64,000 nt of DNA from an uncultured Thermoleophilia bacterium (GCA_963784945.1 CAWATN010000013.1:91742-155741), one strand, 5' to 3'. Numbered from the stretch's first letter, positions 43,601 to 52,586 are shown. Made by a program: numbers and translations. The notes: generated from the sequence alone by a model not told the origin.

Positions 43601-44095
43601 GTCGTAGACACTGACGAGCATCGAACGCAGGCCGCCGGCGCGGTAGGTCGCGAGAAGCTGCCACCGATCGGGCTCATCTGCTGCACAGAATTGGTCGAGT
43701 GCGACGTTGAACGCCTCGCCCTGCAACACCCTCGCCTGTGCCTCGTCGAGCACGCGGAATCGAGGATCGATACCCGCCACGAGCGGGTACGCGGTGAGAA
43801 GCCGACGGCAGAAGCTGTGAATCGTGGAGATCCAGCCACCATCGAGATCACGTGCGAGGTCGGGCCGTTCGAGCTCGAGTAAACGGGCTCGAATCCGAGC
43901 GCGCAGCTCGCCGGCGGCACGATCGGTGTACGTGATCACGAGCAGCGAATCGACGTCCAGCCCATCTTCGACGACCGCGCGGGCGAACCGCTCGACCAGG
44001 ACCGTCGTCTTGCCGGTGCCGGCGCCGGCGGACACGAAGGTCGATCCGCGCGCAGCGATGGCGGCACGCTGCTGCGTGTTCGGAACGCTGGTCAT
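40700..44095 (-). CDS. addA: UvrD/Rep-family helicase with C-terminal RecB-type nuclease (AddA-like)
   Basis: Walker A is AGAGTGKTTVL, with UvrD-like motifs throughout and a C-terminal nuclease motif GRLDVLW...VVLDYKTN. The ATG at 44095 overlaps the upstream stop (ATGA). Confidence 0.8.
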   Translation of the reverse strand: MTSVPNTQQRAAIAARGSTFVSAGAGTGKTTVLVERFARAVVEDGLDVDSLLVITYTDRAAGELRARIRARLLELERPDLARDLDGGWISTIHSFCRRLLTAYPLVAGIDPRFRVLDEAQARVLQGEAFNVALDQFCAADEPDRWQLLATYRAGGLRSMLVSVYDTLRSAGRELVLEPRGRESLDGRITQLLAEAELLSADEKATEAQAAGARDVIDLLETTRLPERLLVLATSSARGARAATFNDARRAVHSIALEELAARDRELLQELLTGFAATYAAAKDRESALDFEDLQLRARDLLRDNMSIREAEQLRFRSIMVDEFQDTNRLQTELIDLLCAGPPKELFFVGDEFQSIYGFRHADVAVFRDRREAAPLVLPLTLNYRSRPEVLAAVNELFSDEFGEGFQSLQPAAGYGDPVFGTPFELLVTDKASYAESGVHWRRAEARHVARRVRNLVDAGEATPGEIVLLFAAGTDAEWFEEELRALDLPTIRMTGRRYFGQQQVVDLLSYLRLLQNRYDDEALLTVLASPFVGVSNDALVLIRSTAERRPIFKGIERSLPPDLAEEDRRLVRAFLQRYERLVESSTRLSLELLCERIIVEHDYDLAVLARRDGQRRYANLRKLGRLARSYEELRGPDLEGFIRFVAEQDAAGAPERDAVSEEEGADAVRLLTIHAAKGLEFKVVVVADAGRERSRSDEILCLSDGRFGFKVAHPDTATRVTTPSYDDVKEARDREEEAERLRLYYVAMTRAMERLIVSGSVDRSSERDERTPIGWVLQRLRLAEELDRADLDGPTEVERGAAGVVLRIDRFAPAVESLSPKADEEDPPDDAGQLVLFEGEGEAIPPAAPRLRDLVEIPIVAVPRVARLSYSAISLHDRCGYRYFAERVVGMRPAPWESRAEDSVGAGLHPTEIGDAVHRLLELVDLVAPAPPDAGAREMHVRAWYPTVTDDELSRIGELVGSYTSSELAARIAGLHGVRPERPFAFELDGVLVNGRLDVLWIEGGRAVVLDYKTNALLGRDPEEIVTAEYLTQQTVYAIACLRAGAQEVEVVYHFLEEADAVVSTVFTASDAERLEADLSASIARIRAGEFRPTPSAFACSGCPALDVVCAGPRLGGAGEGTYEPAFATAE

Positions 44096-46986
44096 GCGCG
44101 TTCCTTGCGGCACATGCGCCAGAGGTCGCACCAGCCGGGGCAGTCCCCCCCATGAGGATCGTGGGCGACATCACCGGCCCGGATCCGTTCCGCGAGCACC
44201 ACAGCGGCACTCCGCGCGTGGTCGATCTCTTCCTCGAATGCCGGCCCTTGAAGGTAGTCGGCGGCCGCAAAGCCGGGCACCTGGTCGTCCCCACCGCGAA
44301 GCAGGCCGCGTGCCCGCCGCCCACCACCGAGCGGCATGTAGACCCCGCCCATCGGTTCACGACCGAGCTGATCCCGCAGCACGAGGAGATACAGGGGGAC
44401 CTGCAGCCGGGCTTCGTCGTGAATCTGCGTTGCGGACGGAGCCGACCCGGACTTGTAGTCGACGATGATCCCGCGCGCACTCATCGGATCGGCGTCGACA
44501 CGGTCGATCTTGCCGCTGACCGCGACACCCGGCGCGAGCTCGTATCCCTTGAACGCCACCTCGAGCTTCCAAGGGACGAACGTGGAGCTGGCGGCCGCAT
44601 CCGATCGCACGAGCTGCTCGAGATCGCGTCGCAGTCCCTGGCCGAGCTCGCGGCGCTGGAGATCGTCGACATCGATCCTGAGACCCGAATCGAGAGCGCC
44701 GTCCACGCACTGGTGCATGAGCTCGACCGCCGCCTCGACGTTGGCCGGTGTGACGCGTTCCGCTCCTGGGATGGCAGCCGGCAGCTGGCTGTAGAAGCGC
44801 TGGAGTGCAACGTGCGCGATCGAGCCCCGCATCTTCGGGCCGACAACCTGATCGATCTCACCAGGACGGAGGTAGCGTTCGACGAACCAGGCCGAGGAGC
44901 AGCCGGCCATCCGCTCTAGATCGGTGACGCGGAACGTGTCTCGGCTCGTGAGAAGAGCCTGTGCACGGGGATGGCGTATCGCCGTGGGACGTGCGAACGC
45001 CCGTCGGGCCCTGCCCAGTTTCCGCTGCCAGCCGTTTGCATATGCGAGGGCGTCGGCCTCGCGCGAATCGACGGCGGCCAGGCGAGCGAGAGCGCGGAGC
45101 CGCTCTCGCTCGGTAGGAGCGGATTCGATCGGCCACGTCAACCGCGCCAGTGGCCGCCTCGTTGTCTGCCGCCGCACGTCGCTTCGGTCGTAGAGCTCGC
45201 AGACGGCCTCCCAGAACGGGCTCGCCTCCCGTGGCGAGCCGTCGTCGGTCGCGGCTTCCCGTACCAGGGTCAGCAGTGAGCAAGGCCTCGTGCAAGCGGT
45301 GTAGAACAGATACCGATCCCGGCTGGCGGCGTCGGGGCGCTGCATCCTGGCACCCCGGGAGCCGTCGAGGTCCCGACGAGTCTCGTCGTCGAGGAACGGC
45401 GACGTGGACGGCCTGCGAGGCAACGATCCCTGTTCGAGCCCGATCACGAAGACCGCCTCGAACCTGCGCGTGCGGACCCGTTCGAGGTCGAGGACTGCGA
45501 CTCGACCAGGCTCTCCTGCGTTGTCGCCGCGGACCGTCGTCCGATCGAGGGCCGAGAGAACATCCTCGGCGTGGAGAGTGACGCCGGCTGCAACGAGCCG
45601 TTCCAGCTCGTCGATGACCCCACTCGCTGCGTCTGCTGAACGGAGATCACGTGCTGCGAACGCGGTCGCAGGTGGTGAGCCGAGGCCGTAGGCGTTGCGA
45701 AGCATCGCGACAGCGACCGCGCGAGCCACCCCCGGCAGGGTTACCTCGGCCGCAACGAGCTCGAGGATCGGCAATGGGCGCCCGGTGCGGAGCTTTGTCG
45801 TCTCCTCGACCGTTCGGTCACCACGGAGCACCGCTCTCCCCCGTAGGCGTCCTTCGAGGAAATCCACGTCCGGGCGCGCGAGGCCCGCATACGGGGTCCG
45901 CAGGAACGCGAACAGGTCACGTCGAGTGCCGCCGCTCCACGAGAAGCGCAGCAACGAGAGAAGCGCCTGCCCGTACGCGGTCGCTCCGAGCCTCGGGCGT
46001 CCCTCTATCGAAACCGGGATGCCCAACGATCCAAACGCAGTTTCGATGGAAGCACGGGAACGCTCGAGCGACGGGCAGACGATCGCGATGTCCTCGGGAG
46101 CCGTCCCGTCGCCTACGAGATCGAGAACCGCCTCGGCAACGAGCTCGAGCGTCGCGCGGCGACCTGCCCCCTCGAGGAAACGAATCGAGCCGTCAAGCGG
46201 CATCGGCACGGACCCATCGTCGAACAGGTGGCGTTCTAGATGGGCGAGCCCGGACGGGAGATACGTCTGCGAGCCAGCCGGGAGCTCGACGATGCTGCCG
46301 CTCGCGAGCGTCCCGAGGTCGCCGGAAGTCCGCGAGAGTGAGGCAAAGGCTGCTCGGCCCGGCTCGTACGGCAGCGAGACGTGCACTTCACCCCTCGCGG
46401 CAAGCGCCTCGATGAGCCGCCATTCCGCCCCAGTCAGATCCTCGAACCCGTAGGCGAACACGGGCGCCCCTTGCCAAGCGCTCAGGTCGGACGTGAGCCG
46501 TTCAACGGCGCGCCGCCTCACCATACCCCGGTCTCGTACACCGAGCCGGATCAGCTCTGCCCGATAGAGCCGCGTGAGCCTTCCGAGGTCCGGAGCAAGA
46601 TCCTCGGGATCGAGCAGACTTGCCTCGATCTCCGTTAATGCACCGACGAGTGAATCGGTGAAACCGACGAATCGAGAGGACTGGCCGAGCTCTCCCAGAC
46701 TCGAGGAGTTGACGAGGTGGCGGAGCACGATCGTACGTTCGGCATCACCCAGAATTCGGCGCGTTGGCTCGTCACCTGCGAGAAGTGTGAAGAGCGTGTC
46801 GAAGGTGCCCACGGTGCCGGCGAGCAACGCCCCGCTGCGACTCGCAAGCTCTCGTTCGACGCGGTCGACGTCGAATCGGTTCGGGACGATCAGCCACGGA
46901 TCGCGATCGAGAGCACCGACGAACCGGTCGAGCAAGAGCGCGACCTTGCCGGCATGGGCCGGTCCGACGACGAGTGAAAGACCCAT
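44092..46986 (-). CDS. addB: AddB/RexB-like helicase-nuclease subunit with a Fe-S cluster cysteine set
   Basis: The N-terminal P-loop is degenerate (GPAHAGKV). The nuclease motif is GKIDRVD...IIVDYKSG. Cysteines occur at ...MAGCSSAWF... and at the C-terminal CPGWCDLWRMC, resembling the AddB iron-staple. Confidence 0.7.
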   Translation of the reverse strand: MGLSLVVGPAHAGKVALLLDRFVGALDRDPWLIVPNRFDVDRVERELASRSGALLAGTVGTFDTLFTLLAGDEPTRRILGDAERTIVLRHLVNSSSLGELGQSSRFVGFTDSLVGALTEIEASLLDPEDLAPDLGRLTRLYRAELIRLGVRDRGMVRRRAVERLTSDLSAWQGAPVFAYGFEDLTGAEWRLIEALAARGEVHVSLPYEPGRAAFASLSRTSGDLGTLASGSIVELPAGSQTYLPSGLAHLERHLFDDGSVPMPLDGSIRFLEGAGRRATLELVAEAVLDLVGDGTAPEDIAIVCPSLERSRASIETAFGSLGIPVSIEGRPRLGATAYGQALLSLLRFSWSGGTRRDLFAFLRTPYAGLARPDVDFLEGRLRGRAVLRGDRTVEETTKLRTGRPLPILELVAAEVTLPGVARAVAVAMLRNAYGLGSPPATAFAARDLRSADAASGVIDELERLVAAGVTLHAEDVLSALDRTTVRGDNAGEPGRVAVLDLERVRTRRFEAVFVIGLEQGSLPRRPSTSPFLDDETRRDLDGSRGARMQRPDAASRDRYLFYTACTRPCSLLTLVREAATDDGSPREASPFWEAVCELYDRSDVRRQTTRRPLARLTWPIESAPTERERLRALARLAAVDSREADALAYANGWQRKLGRARRAFARPTAIRHPRAQALLTSRDTFRVTDLERMAGCSSAWFVERYLRPGEIDQVVGPKMRGSIAHVALQRFYSQLPAAIPGAERVTPANVEAAVELMHQCVDGALDSGLRIDVDDLQRRELGQGLRRDLEQLVRSDAAASSTFVPWKLEVAFKGYELAPGVAVSGKIDRVDADPMSARGIIVDYKSGSAPSATQIHDEARLQVPLYLLVLRDQLGREPMGGVYMPLGGGRRARGLLRGGDDQVPGFAAADYLQGPAFEEEIDHARSAAVVLAERIRAGDVAHDPHGGDCPGWCDLWRMCRKERA

Positions 46987-47103
46987 CTGTCCATCGTAGT
47001 CGGGGCCTACCGGGAGACCTTCTTACACGCCGTGGCGTCGTCGCAAAGAGCGGAAAGAGTCTTCTCGCGCGACGGGCGTCACCCCCGCCGCGAACACCGG
47101 GCG

Positions 47104-47298
47104 CTAGGCCACGGACTTCGGCTTGCGACCGCGCCTCGCGACCGCGTTGCCCGGCATCGTGCCGGCACAGCCGTCGCACAGGTCGGCGGCCTTGGCACCG
47201 CGCCGCGCGTCGGTGAACGTGATGCGCAGCGTGGCACCCCTTCCGTCCTCGACCTCGACTCCACAGTTATCGCAAACGAGAACCGTCTTTCGTGCCAC
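47104..47298 (-). CDS. small zinc-ribbon protein with a basic AT-hook-like tail
   Basis: The 64-aa product has two CxxC pairs (CDNCG ... CDGCAG) and a C-terminal ARRGRKPKSVA. The SD is GGAGAGGAA upstream, and the gene sits next to an unusually AT-rich intergenic region. Confidence 0.5.
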   Translation of the reverse strand: MARKTVLVCDNCGVEVEDGRGATLRITFTDARRGAKAADLCDGCAGTMPGNAVARRGRKPKSVA

Positions 47299-47403
47299 GG
47301 GTATTCCTCTCCGTCAATACGCATGAAATACGTACCGACCAATGATTAGGAAGCAGTATTGTGCTCGTCGCATTTTACCTCGCGATTGCTGGACGAGTCA
47401 ATC

Positions 47404-47432
47404 CTGACGTGGTCTGCAAACGCGACTAGAAT
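47404..47432 (+). promoter_or_regulatory. candidate sigma-70-type promoter giving a leaderless transcript
   Basis: The -35 is CTGACG (47404-47409), followed by a 17-nt spacer and the -10 TAGAAT (47427-47432). The ATG at 47440 lies 7 nt after the -10, and there is no SD. Confidence 0.4.
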
Positions 47433-47439
47433 CGTGGCG

Positions 47440-48513
47440 ATGGACTCGCGCACGATCGTCGTTCTCGAGGGTGACCAGACGGGCCAGGAGCTTCTGGAGG
47501 CGTCGCTCCGTCTTCTCGACAAGGCTGTGATCGGCTTCAACGTCGACCTCCCCCGCTACGACCTGTCGCTCGAGAGCCGCCGTGCCACCGACAACGGCGT
47601 CGTGTATGAGGCGGCACGTGCGATTCGCGGCCACGGGCTGGGTCTGAAGGCCGCAACAGTGACACCAGAGACGACAGGCGACGTCGGCTCGCCGAACCGA
47701 ATCCTGCGCGAGGAGATCGGCGGCAAGGTGATCGTGCGCACGGGCCGTCGAATTCCAGGGGTCGTGCCGCTCGGCGGCGTCCACTCCCCCATCTCGGTCG
47801 TGCGCATGGCAGTCGGCGATGCATACGGAGCGAAGGAATGGCGCGAAGGCGCGGGAGATGACGAGGTCGCGTTTCGAACGGAACGGATCGAGCGTGGTAT
47901 CTGTCGCGCAGTCGCGGAGTTCGCCTTCCGCCAGGCTGCAAGGATGGGCGCGAAAGTCTTCGGCGGCCCGAAATACACGGTTAGCCCGATCTACGAAGGG
48001 ATGCTGAAGGAAGAGATGGACGCCGCGGCGGAGCGGCACCCGGAGGTCGTCTACGAACCGCAGTTGATCGACGCGACGTTCGCACTGCTGATCTCCTCGA
48101 GCGGTTCGCCGATGGTGATTCCCGCGCTCAACCGTGACGGCGACATCCTCTCCGACCTCGTACTCCCCCTCTTTGGCTCGATCGCAGGGTCGGAGTCGAT
48201 GCTCGTCGCATTCGGCGACGACTACGTGCCATCGGCGCTGATGGCCGAGGCGGCGCACGGCACGGCACCGTCTCTCTTCGGCAAGGACGTGGCGAATCCC
48301 ATGGCGATGATCCTCGCGGCGGCAGCGCTCCTCGGGCACGCCGACGACGAAGAGGCGCAGGCCGCCGGGCGCGCGATTCGCGAAGCGTGTCTCGAAGCAG
48401 TCGCAGCGGGAATCCGCACCGCCGATCTGAGCGGCCATGCCGGCACGGTCGAGTTCACAGACGAGGTCATCGCACGGACACGCGCAAAGCTCGAAGTATG
48501 GGCCTCCCTCTGA
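47440..48513 (+). CDS. isocitrate/isopropylmalate dehydrogenase family protein
   Basis: The 357-aa product contains ...LNRDGDILSDL... and ...AEAAHGTAPSLFGKDVANPMAMILAAA..., typical of the beta-decarboxylating dehydrogenase family. Confidence 0.8.
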   Translation: MDSRTIVVLEGDQTGQELLEASLRLLDKAVIGFNVDLPRYDLSLESRRATDNGVVYEAARAIRGHGLGLKAATVTPETTGDVGSPNRILREEIGGKVIVRTGRRIPGVVPLGGVHSPISVVRMAVGDAYGAKEWREGAGDDEVAFRTERIERGICRAVAEFAFRQAARMGAKVFGGPKYTVSPIYEGMLKEEMDAAAERHPEVVYEPQLIDATFALLISSSGSPMVIPALNRDGDILSDLVLPLFGSIAGSESMLVAFGDDYVPSALMAEAAHGTAPSLFGKDVANPMAMILAAAALLGHADDEEAQAAGRAIREACLEAVAAGIRTADLSGHAGTVEFTDEVIARTRAKLEVWASL

Positions 48514-48583
48514 GACGGGAGGACGACAGACCATCGGGGCGGTTCTTCCCCCGGTGAGAAATCGCTTCCCGTAGATTCCGAGA

Positions 48584-49684
48584 ATGCGCGTCGTCGTTCC
48601 CCGTGAAGCTGCTCCCGGCGAAGGCCGAGTGGCACTCGTGCCCGAGTCCGTCGGGCGGTTGGCACCCGCCGGCTTCGAAATCGTGGTCGAGCGTGGAGCC
48701 GGCGCCGCGGCAGGGTTCCCGGACGAGGAGTACACGGATGCGGGCGCGACGCTGTCCGAGCACGGTGCACTGCTCGACGGCGCCACCGCGGTCGTCCGGG
48801 TGGCGCGGCCGTCGGCCGACGAGGTTGCCGCAATCGCGCCGGGCACCGTTCTGATCGGGTTCCTGGCGCCGCTCACCGATGCGGAAGGCATCGAGCGACT
48901 TCGACGCCAGGGCGTCTTCGGATTCGCGATGGAATCAGTGCCGCGTATCACGCGAGCCCAGTCGATGGACGCCCTCTCCTCGCAAGCAACGGTTTCGGGC
49001 TACAAGGCTGTGTTGATCGCGGCAGACCGCGTGCAGAAGATGTTCCCCCTCCTCATGACCGCTGCGGGCACGATCGCACCCGCAAAGGTGCTCGTGATGG
49101 GCGCAGGCGTCGCAGGTCTGCAGGCGATCGCAACGGCCCGGCGACTCGGTGCCGTTGTCTCCGCATTCGATGTGCGCCCCGCGGTGAAGGAACAGGTGGA
49201 GTCTCTCGGCGCCAGGTTCCTCGAGCTCGGTGTCCACGGCGAGGAGGGCGAGGGCGGCTACGCGAAGGAACTGACTTCCGAGCAGCAGGCGGCGCAGCAG
49301 GCGGCCCTCGAGGAGCGCGTACCCGACTTCGACATCGTGATCACGACGGCGCTCGTGCCCGGTCGCCCGGCTCCCAGGCTCATTCCGGCCTCGGCTGTCG
49401 GCCAGATGCGTCCGGGAAGCTGCATCATCGACCTCGCCGCTGAGGCGGGCGGCAACTGCGAGCTCACGAACCCCGGCCAGGAGATCGTTCGCGACGGCGT
49501 CACGATCGTCGGTTTCACCAACCTGCCGTCATTGATGGCGGCCGATGCGAGCCGCCTCTACGCACGAAACGTGAGCGCACTTCTGCAGCACCTCGCACCC
49601 GGCGGCGAGCTCGCGCTCGACTTCGACGACGACATCACGAGCGGCGCCTGCGTCGCCCGCCCGACCGAGGAGGTGGCGGCATAG
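48584..49684 (+). CDS. pntAA: NAD(P) transhydrogenase subunit alpha, part 1
   Basis: The product has an alanine-dehydrogenase/PNT-type dI domain: MRVVVPREAAPGEGRVALVPE, the Rossmann motif VLVMGAGVAGLQAIATA and ITTALVPGRPAP. Confidence 0.9.
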   Translation: MRVVVPREAAPGEGRVALVPESVGRLAPAGFEIVVERGAGAAAGFPDEEYTDAGATLSEHGALLDGATAVVRVARPSADEVAAIAPGTVLIGFLAPLTDAEGIERLRRQGVFGFAMESVPRITRAQSMDALSSQATVSGYKAVLIAADRVQKMFPLLMTAAGTIAPAKVLVMGAGVAGLQAIATARRLGAVVSAFDVRPAVKEQVESLGARFLELGVHGEEGEGGYAKELTSEQQAAQQAALEERVPDFDIVITTALVPGRPAPRLIPASAVGQMRPGSCIIDLAAEAGGNCELTNPGQEIVRDGVTIVGFTNLPSLMAADASRLYARNVSALLQHLAPGGELALDFDDDITSGACVARPTEEVAA

Positions 49685-49989
49685 AGACGTCCTTCATCCT
49701 CGAGCTGACGATTCTCGTCCTCGCGGTCTTCCTCGGTGTCGAGGTGATCTCGAAGGTGCCCACGATGCTGCACACGCCGCTGATGTCGGGCACGAACGCG
49801 ATCCACGGGATCGTCATCGTGGGTGCAATCCTGATTGCCGGAGCCGCCGACGACACGTTCACCAAGGTCGTGGGCGTTGTTGCCGTCGTCCTCGCTTCGG
49901 CCAACGTCGTCGGCGGCTTCGTGGTTACCGACCGGATGCTGCAGATGTTCAGGAAAAGGGAGCCCAGGCGTGAGTCGAACGACGACTGA
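49681..49989 (+). CDS. pntAB: NAD(P) transhydrogenase subunit alpha, part 2 (start codon unresolved)
   Basis: The conserved sequence FILELTILVLAVFLGVEVISKVPTMLHTPLMSGTNAIHGIVIVGA begins upstream of the first canonical start, the GTG at 49744. A strong SD, GAGGAGGTG, at 49667-49675 precedes an ATA at 49681. Confidence 0.65.
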   Translation: METSFILELTILVLAVFLGVEVISKVPTMLHTPLMSGTNAIHGIVIVGAILIAGAADDTFTKVVGVVAVVLASANVVGGFVVTDRMLQMFRKREPRRESNDD

Positions 49990-51352
49990 CGCCCTTTACC
50001 TGGTCACGATCGTGACCTTCATCCTTGCGCTCCGCTTCCTGTCGTCGCCGAAGCACGCGCGCAAGGGAAACTGGATCGGCGCCGCCGGAATGGCGCTCGC
50101 GATCGTCGTCACTCTGCTCCAGGACGGCGTCGGCAACTATCCCCTGATCGGAATCGGGATGGTCGTCGGCGGCGCCGTCGGGCTCGTGGGGGCGCGCATG
50201 GTGAAGATGACGGCGATGCCCCAGATGGTGGCCCTCTTCAACGGGGTCGGGGGCGGCGCGGCAGCCCTCATCTCGCTGGACGAGTTCCACCGGTTCGCGG
50301 GCAGCTTCTCCACGGTCGAAGCCACGTCCGTCGCCCTTTCGGCGCTGATCGGCGCCATTTCGTTCTCCGGGTCGCTTGTCGCCTACGCCAAGCTGCAGGA
50401 GCTGATCTCGGGTCGCCCGATCGTGTTCCGAGGCCAGCAGATCGTGAACGCGTTGATCATCGGCACGGCCGTCGTGCTCGGCGTCTGGATCGCGGCCGGC
50501 GGCGACCAGCAAGGGCTGATCTACGGGCTCATCGCAGCCGCGCTCGTCTTCGGCGTGATGTTCGTGCTCCCGATCGGCGGCGCCGACATGCCGGTCGTGA
50601 TCTCGCTGCTCAACGCATTTACGGGCCTCGCCGCGGCCGCGACGGGCTTCGTCCTCAACAACAACGTCCTTATCGTCGCGGGCGCGCTCGTCGGCGCATC
50701 GGGGACGCTACTCACGATCCTGATGGGCAAGGCGATGAACCGCTCGATTACGAACGTCCTTTTCGGAGCGTTCGGGCAGGTTCAGGCAGGCGTCGGTGCA
50801 GCTCGTGTCGACGACGGACGCACCGTCCGCGCAACCTCACCCGAGGATGTCGCGGTCATGCTCTCGTACGCCCGCAAAGTGATCATCGTTCCCGGCTACG
50901 GCCTCGCTGTCGCTCAGGCCCAGCATGACGTCCGCCAGCTCGGCGAGCTCCTCGAAGAGAAGGGCGTCGATGTCGTCTACGCGATCCATCCCGTCGCGGG
51001 CCGCATGCCGGGGCACATGAACGTGCTCCTCGCCGAGGCCAACGTCCCATACGACGTGTTGAAGGAGATGGACGAGGTCAACCCCGAGTTCCCACAGGCT
51101 GACGTGGCCCTCGTCATCGGCGCCAACGACGTCACGAATCCGGCCGCCCGTTCTGATACGTCCTCACCGATCTACGGGATGCCGATTCTCGACGTCGACA
51201 AGGCCGCCGCCGTCGTCGTCATGAAGCGATCGATGGCCCCCGGGTTTGCGGGGATCGACAACGAGCTCTACCTCGACCCGCGCACGACGATGCTCTTCGG
51301 CGATGCAAAGGACTCGATCGTCAAGCTGATCGGTGCCGTCAAAGCAACCTAG
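49970..51352 (+). CDS. pntB: NAD(P) transhydrogenase subunit beta
   Basis: The GTG at 49970 follows AGGAAAAGGGAG. The product has multi-TM dII segments and then a dIII domain, IIVPGYGLAVAQAQH...AIHPVAGRMPGHMNVLLAEA...GANDVTNPAA. Confidence 0.9.
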   Translation: MSRTTTDALYLVTIVTFILALRFLSSPKHARKGNWIGAAGMALAIVVTLLQDGVGNYPLIGIGMVVGGAVGLVGARMVKMTAMPQMVALFNGVGGGAAALISLDEFHRFAGSFSTVEATSVALSALIGAISFSGSLVAYAKLQELISGRPIVFRGQQIVNALIIGTAVVLGVWIAAGGDQQGLIYGLIAAALVFGVMFVLPIGGADMPVVISLLNAFTGLAAAATGFVLNNNVLIVAGALVGASGTLLTILMGKAMNRSITNVLFGAFGQVQAGVGAARVDDGRTVRATSPEDVAVMLSYARKVIIVPGYGLAVAQAQHDVRQLGELLEEKGVDVVYAIHPVAGRMPGHMNVLLAEANVPYDVLKEMDEVNPEFPQADVALVIGANDVTNPAARSDTSSPIYGMPILDVDKAAAVVVMKRSMAPGFAGIDNELYLDPRTTMLFGDAKDSIVKLIGAVKAT

Positions 51353-51379
51353 GCCAGGCGGCCCTGGCAGCGTTCTGGA

Positions 51380-51847
51380 TCAGGGAATGCGCTTGCCGGA
51401 CGCGACGACGAGGCCGAGGCCGACTGCGGCGAACTTCGTCGGCGGCTGCGGGCTCGATGCGACAAGCCGCACCTGACGCCCGAGAGCGCCGGTGACGCAC
51501 CGCCACGCCTGCTGCTCAGCACCCGTGTGCGACCAGTAGACCTTGTTGCCGTCGAGCTGGTAGCTCTTCTCCATTCCGGTACGGCAAGGACCGTACTGGC
51601 GGGTGGCGACGAAGTTGATCTCCCACCCGGCCTTGTTCAAGAACTCGATCTGCACCGTTTCCGTCGTCCGTAACCACTGCGAGTAGCGGAAGCCGACCGT
51701 CGTGCGGGTTGGCACGTAGGCGAGTAGCGGGGCACGGTGCTTGATCTGAGCCTGCACCGGGAGTGGCACGGGCGGGCTCGGCGCGGCAACGGAGGACGTG
51801 ACGAGAGTCAACGCGAGCGTCGAGCCGACAAGGAGCGACCATTTCAT
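51380..51847 (-). CDS. secreted hypothetical protein
   Basis: The 155-aa product has a signal peptide, MKWSLLVGSTLALTLVTSSVAAP. I recognise no family. Confidence 0.45.
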   Translation of the reverse strand: MKWSLLVGSTLALTLVTSSVAAPSPPVPLPVQAQIKHRAPLLAYVPTRTTVGFRYSQWLRTTETVQIEFLNKAGWEINFVATRQYGPCRTGMEKSYQLDGNKVYWSHTGAEQQAWRCVTGALGRQVRLVASSPQPPTKFAAVGLGLVVASGKRIP

Positions 51848-51953
51848 GCCTTGCAGGATACGTAGGTGATGTTCCAGGAATGTCGGGTTTCCGTAAGCGA
51901 ATTCGAAACCTCGCGCGTCGCCTCAATCGTTCGGCGACGAGGACCAAATCGTC

Positions 51954-52586
51954 ATGATGGGATCTGTGCCGACCCCTATCACGAGCGAAGACGCACTTCG
52001 CGATCTCATCGGTGAGCCTGCCGACATCGTCCGCGCGAAGGTGAGCGATCGGGTCAACGACCTTACACGCCGCTTCATCGATCTCTCGCCGTTCATGCTG
52101 CTCGCGACGTCGGCGCCCGACGGAAGCTGCGACGTGAGCCCGCGCGGCGACCCGGCAGGCTTCGTTCACGTGATCGACGAGCGGACGTTGCTCGTCCCGG
52201 ACCGGCCGGGAAACCGCCTCGCCGATTCGCTTCGCAACATCATCCAGAATCCGCATGTCGGCCTGCTCTTTCTGGTCCCAGGCGTGGGTGACACGTTGCG
52301 GGTAAACGGCCGCGCCGCGATCATCACCGATTCCGAGCTGCTCGACCCGCTCGCGGTCGAGGGAAAGACACCGAAGCTCGGCTTGCTGATCGAGGTCGAC
52401 GAGGTCTTCACGCACTGTTCGAAAGCGTTCCTCCGCTCCCGCTTGTGGGACCCGACGGAGTTCGTCGACCGCGAGCAACTCCCGAGCTCCGGCGAGATCC
52501 ACCGGAGCCTGAACCCCGCTTTCGACGCAGATCGCTATGACGAGGAGCGCGCCGACCGATACGCACGGCGTGAAGGGTTCTATTGA
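51954..52586 (+). CDS. PPOX-type FMN-dependent flavoprotein (MSMEG_1061-like)
   Basis: The product contains SPRGDPAGFVHVIDERTLLVPDRPGNRLADSLRNIIQNPHVGLLFLVPGVGDTLRVNGRA, characteristic of this PPOX subfamily. Confidence 0.7.
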   Translation: MMGSVPTPITSEDALRDLIGEPADIVRAKVSDRVNDLTRRFIDLSPFMLLATSAPDGSCDVSPRGDPAGFVHVIDERTLLVPDRPGNRLADSLRNIIQNPHVGLLFLVPGVGDTLRVNGRAAIITDSELLDPLAVEGKTPKLGLLIEVDEVFTHCSKAFLRSRLWDPTEFVDREQLPSSGEIHRSLNPAFDADRYDEERADRYARREGFY

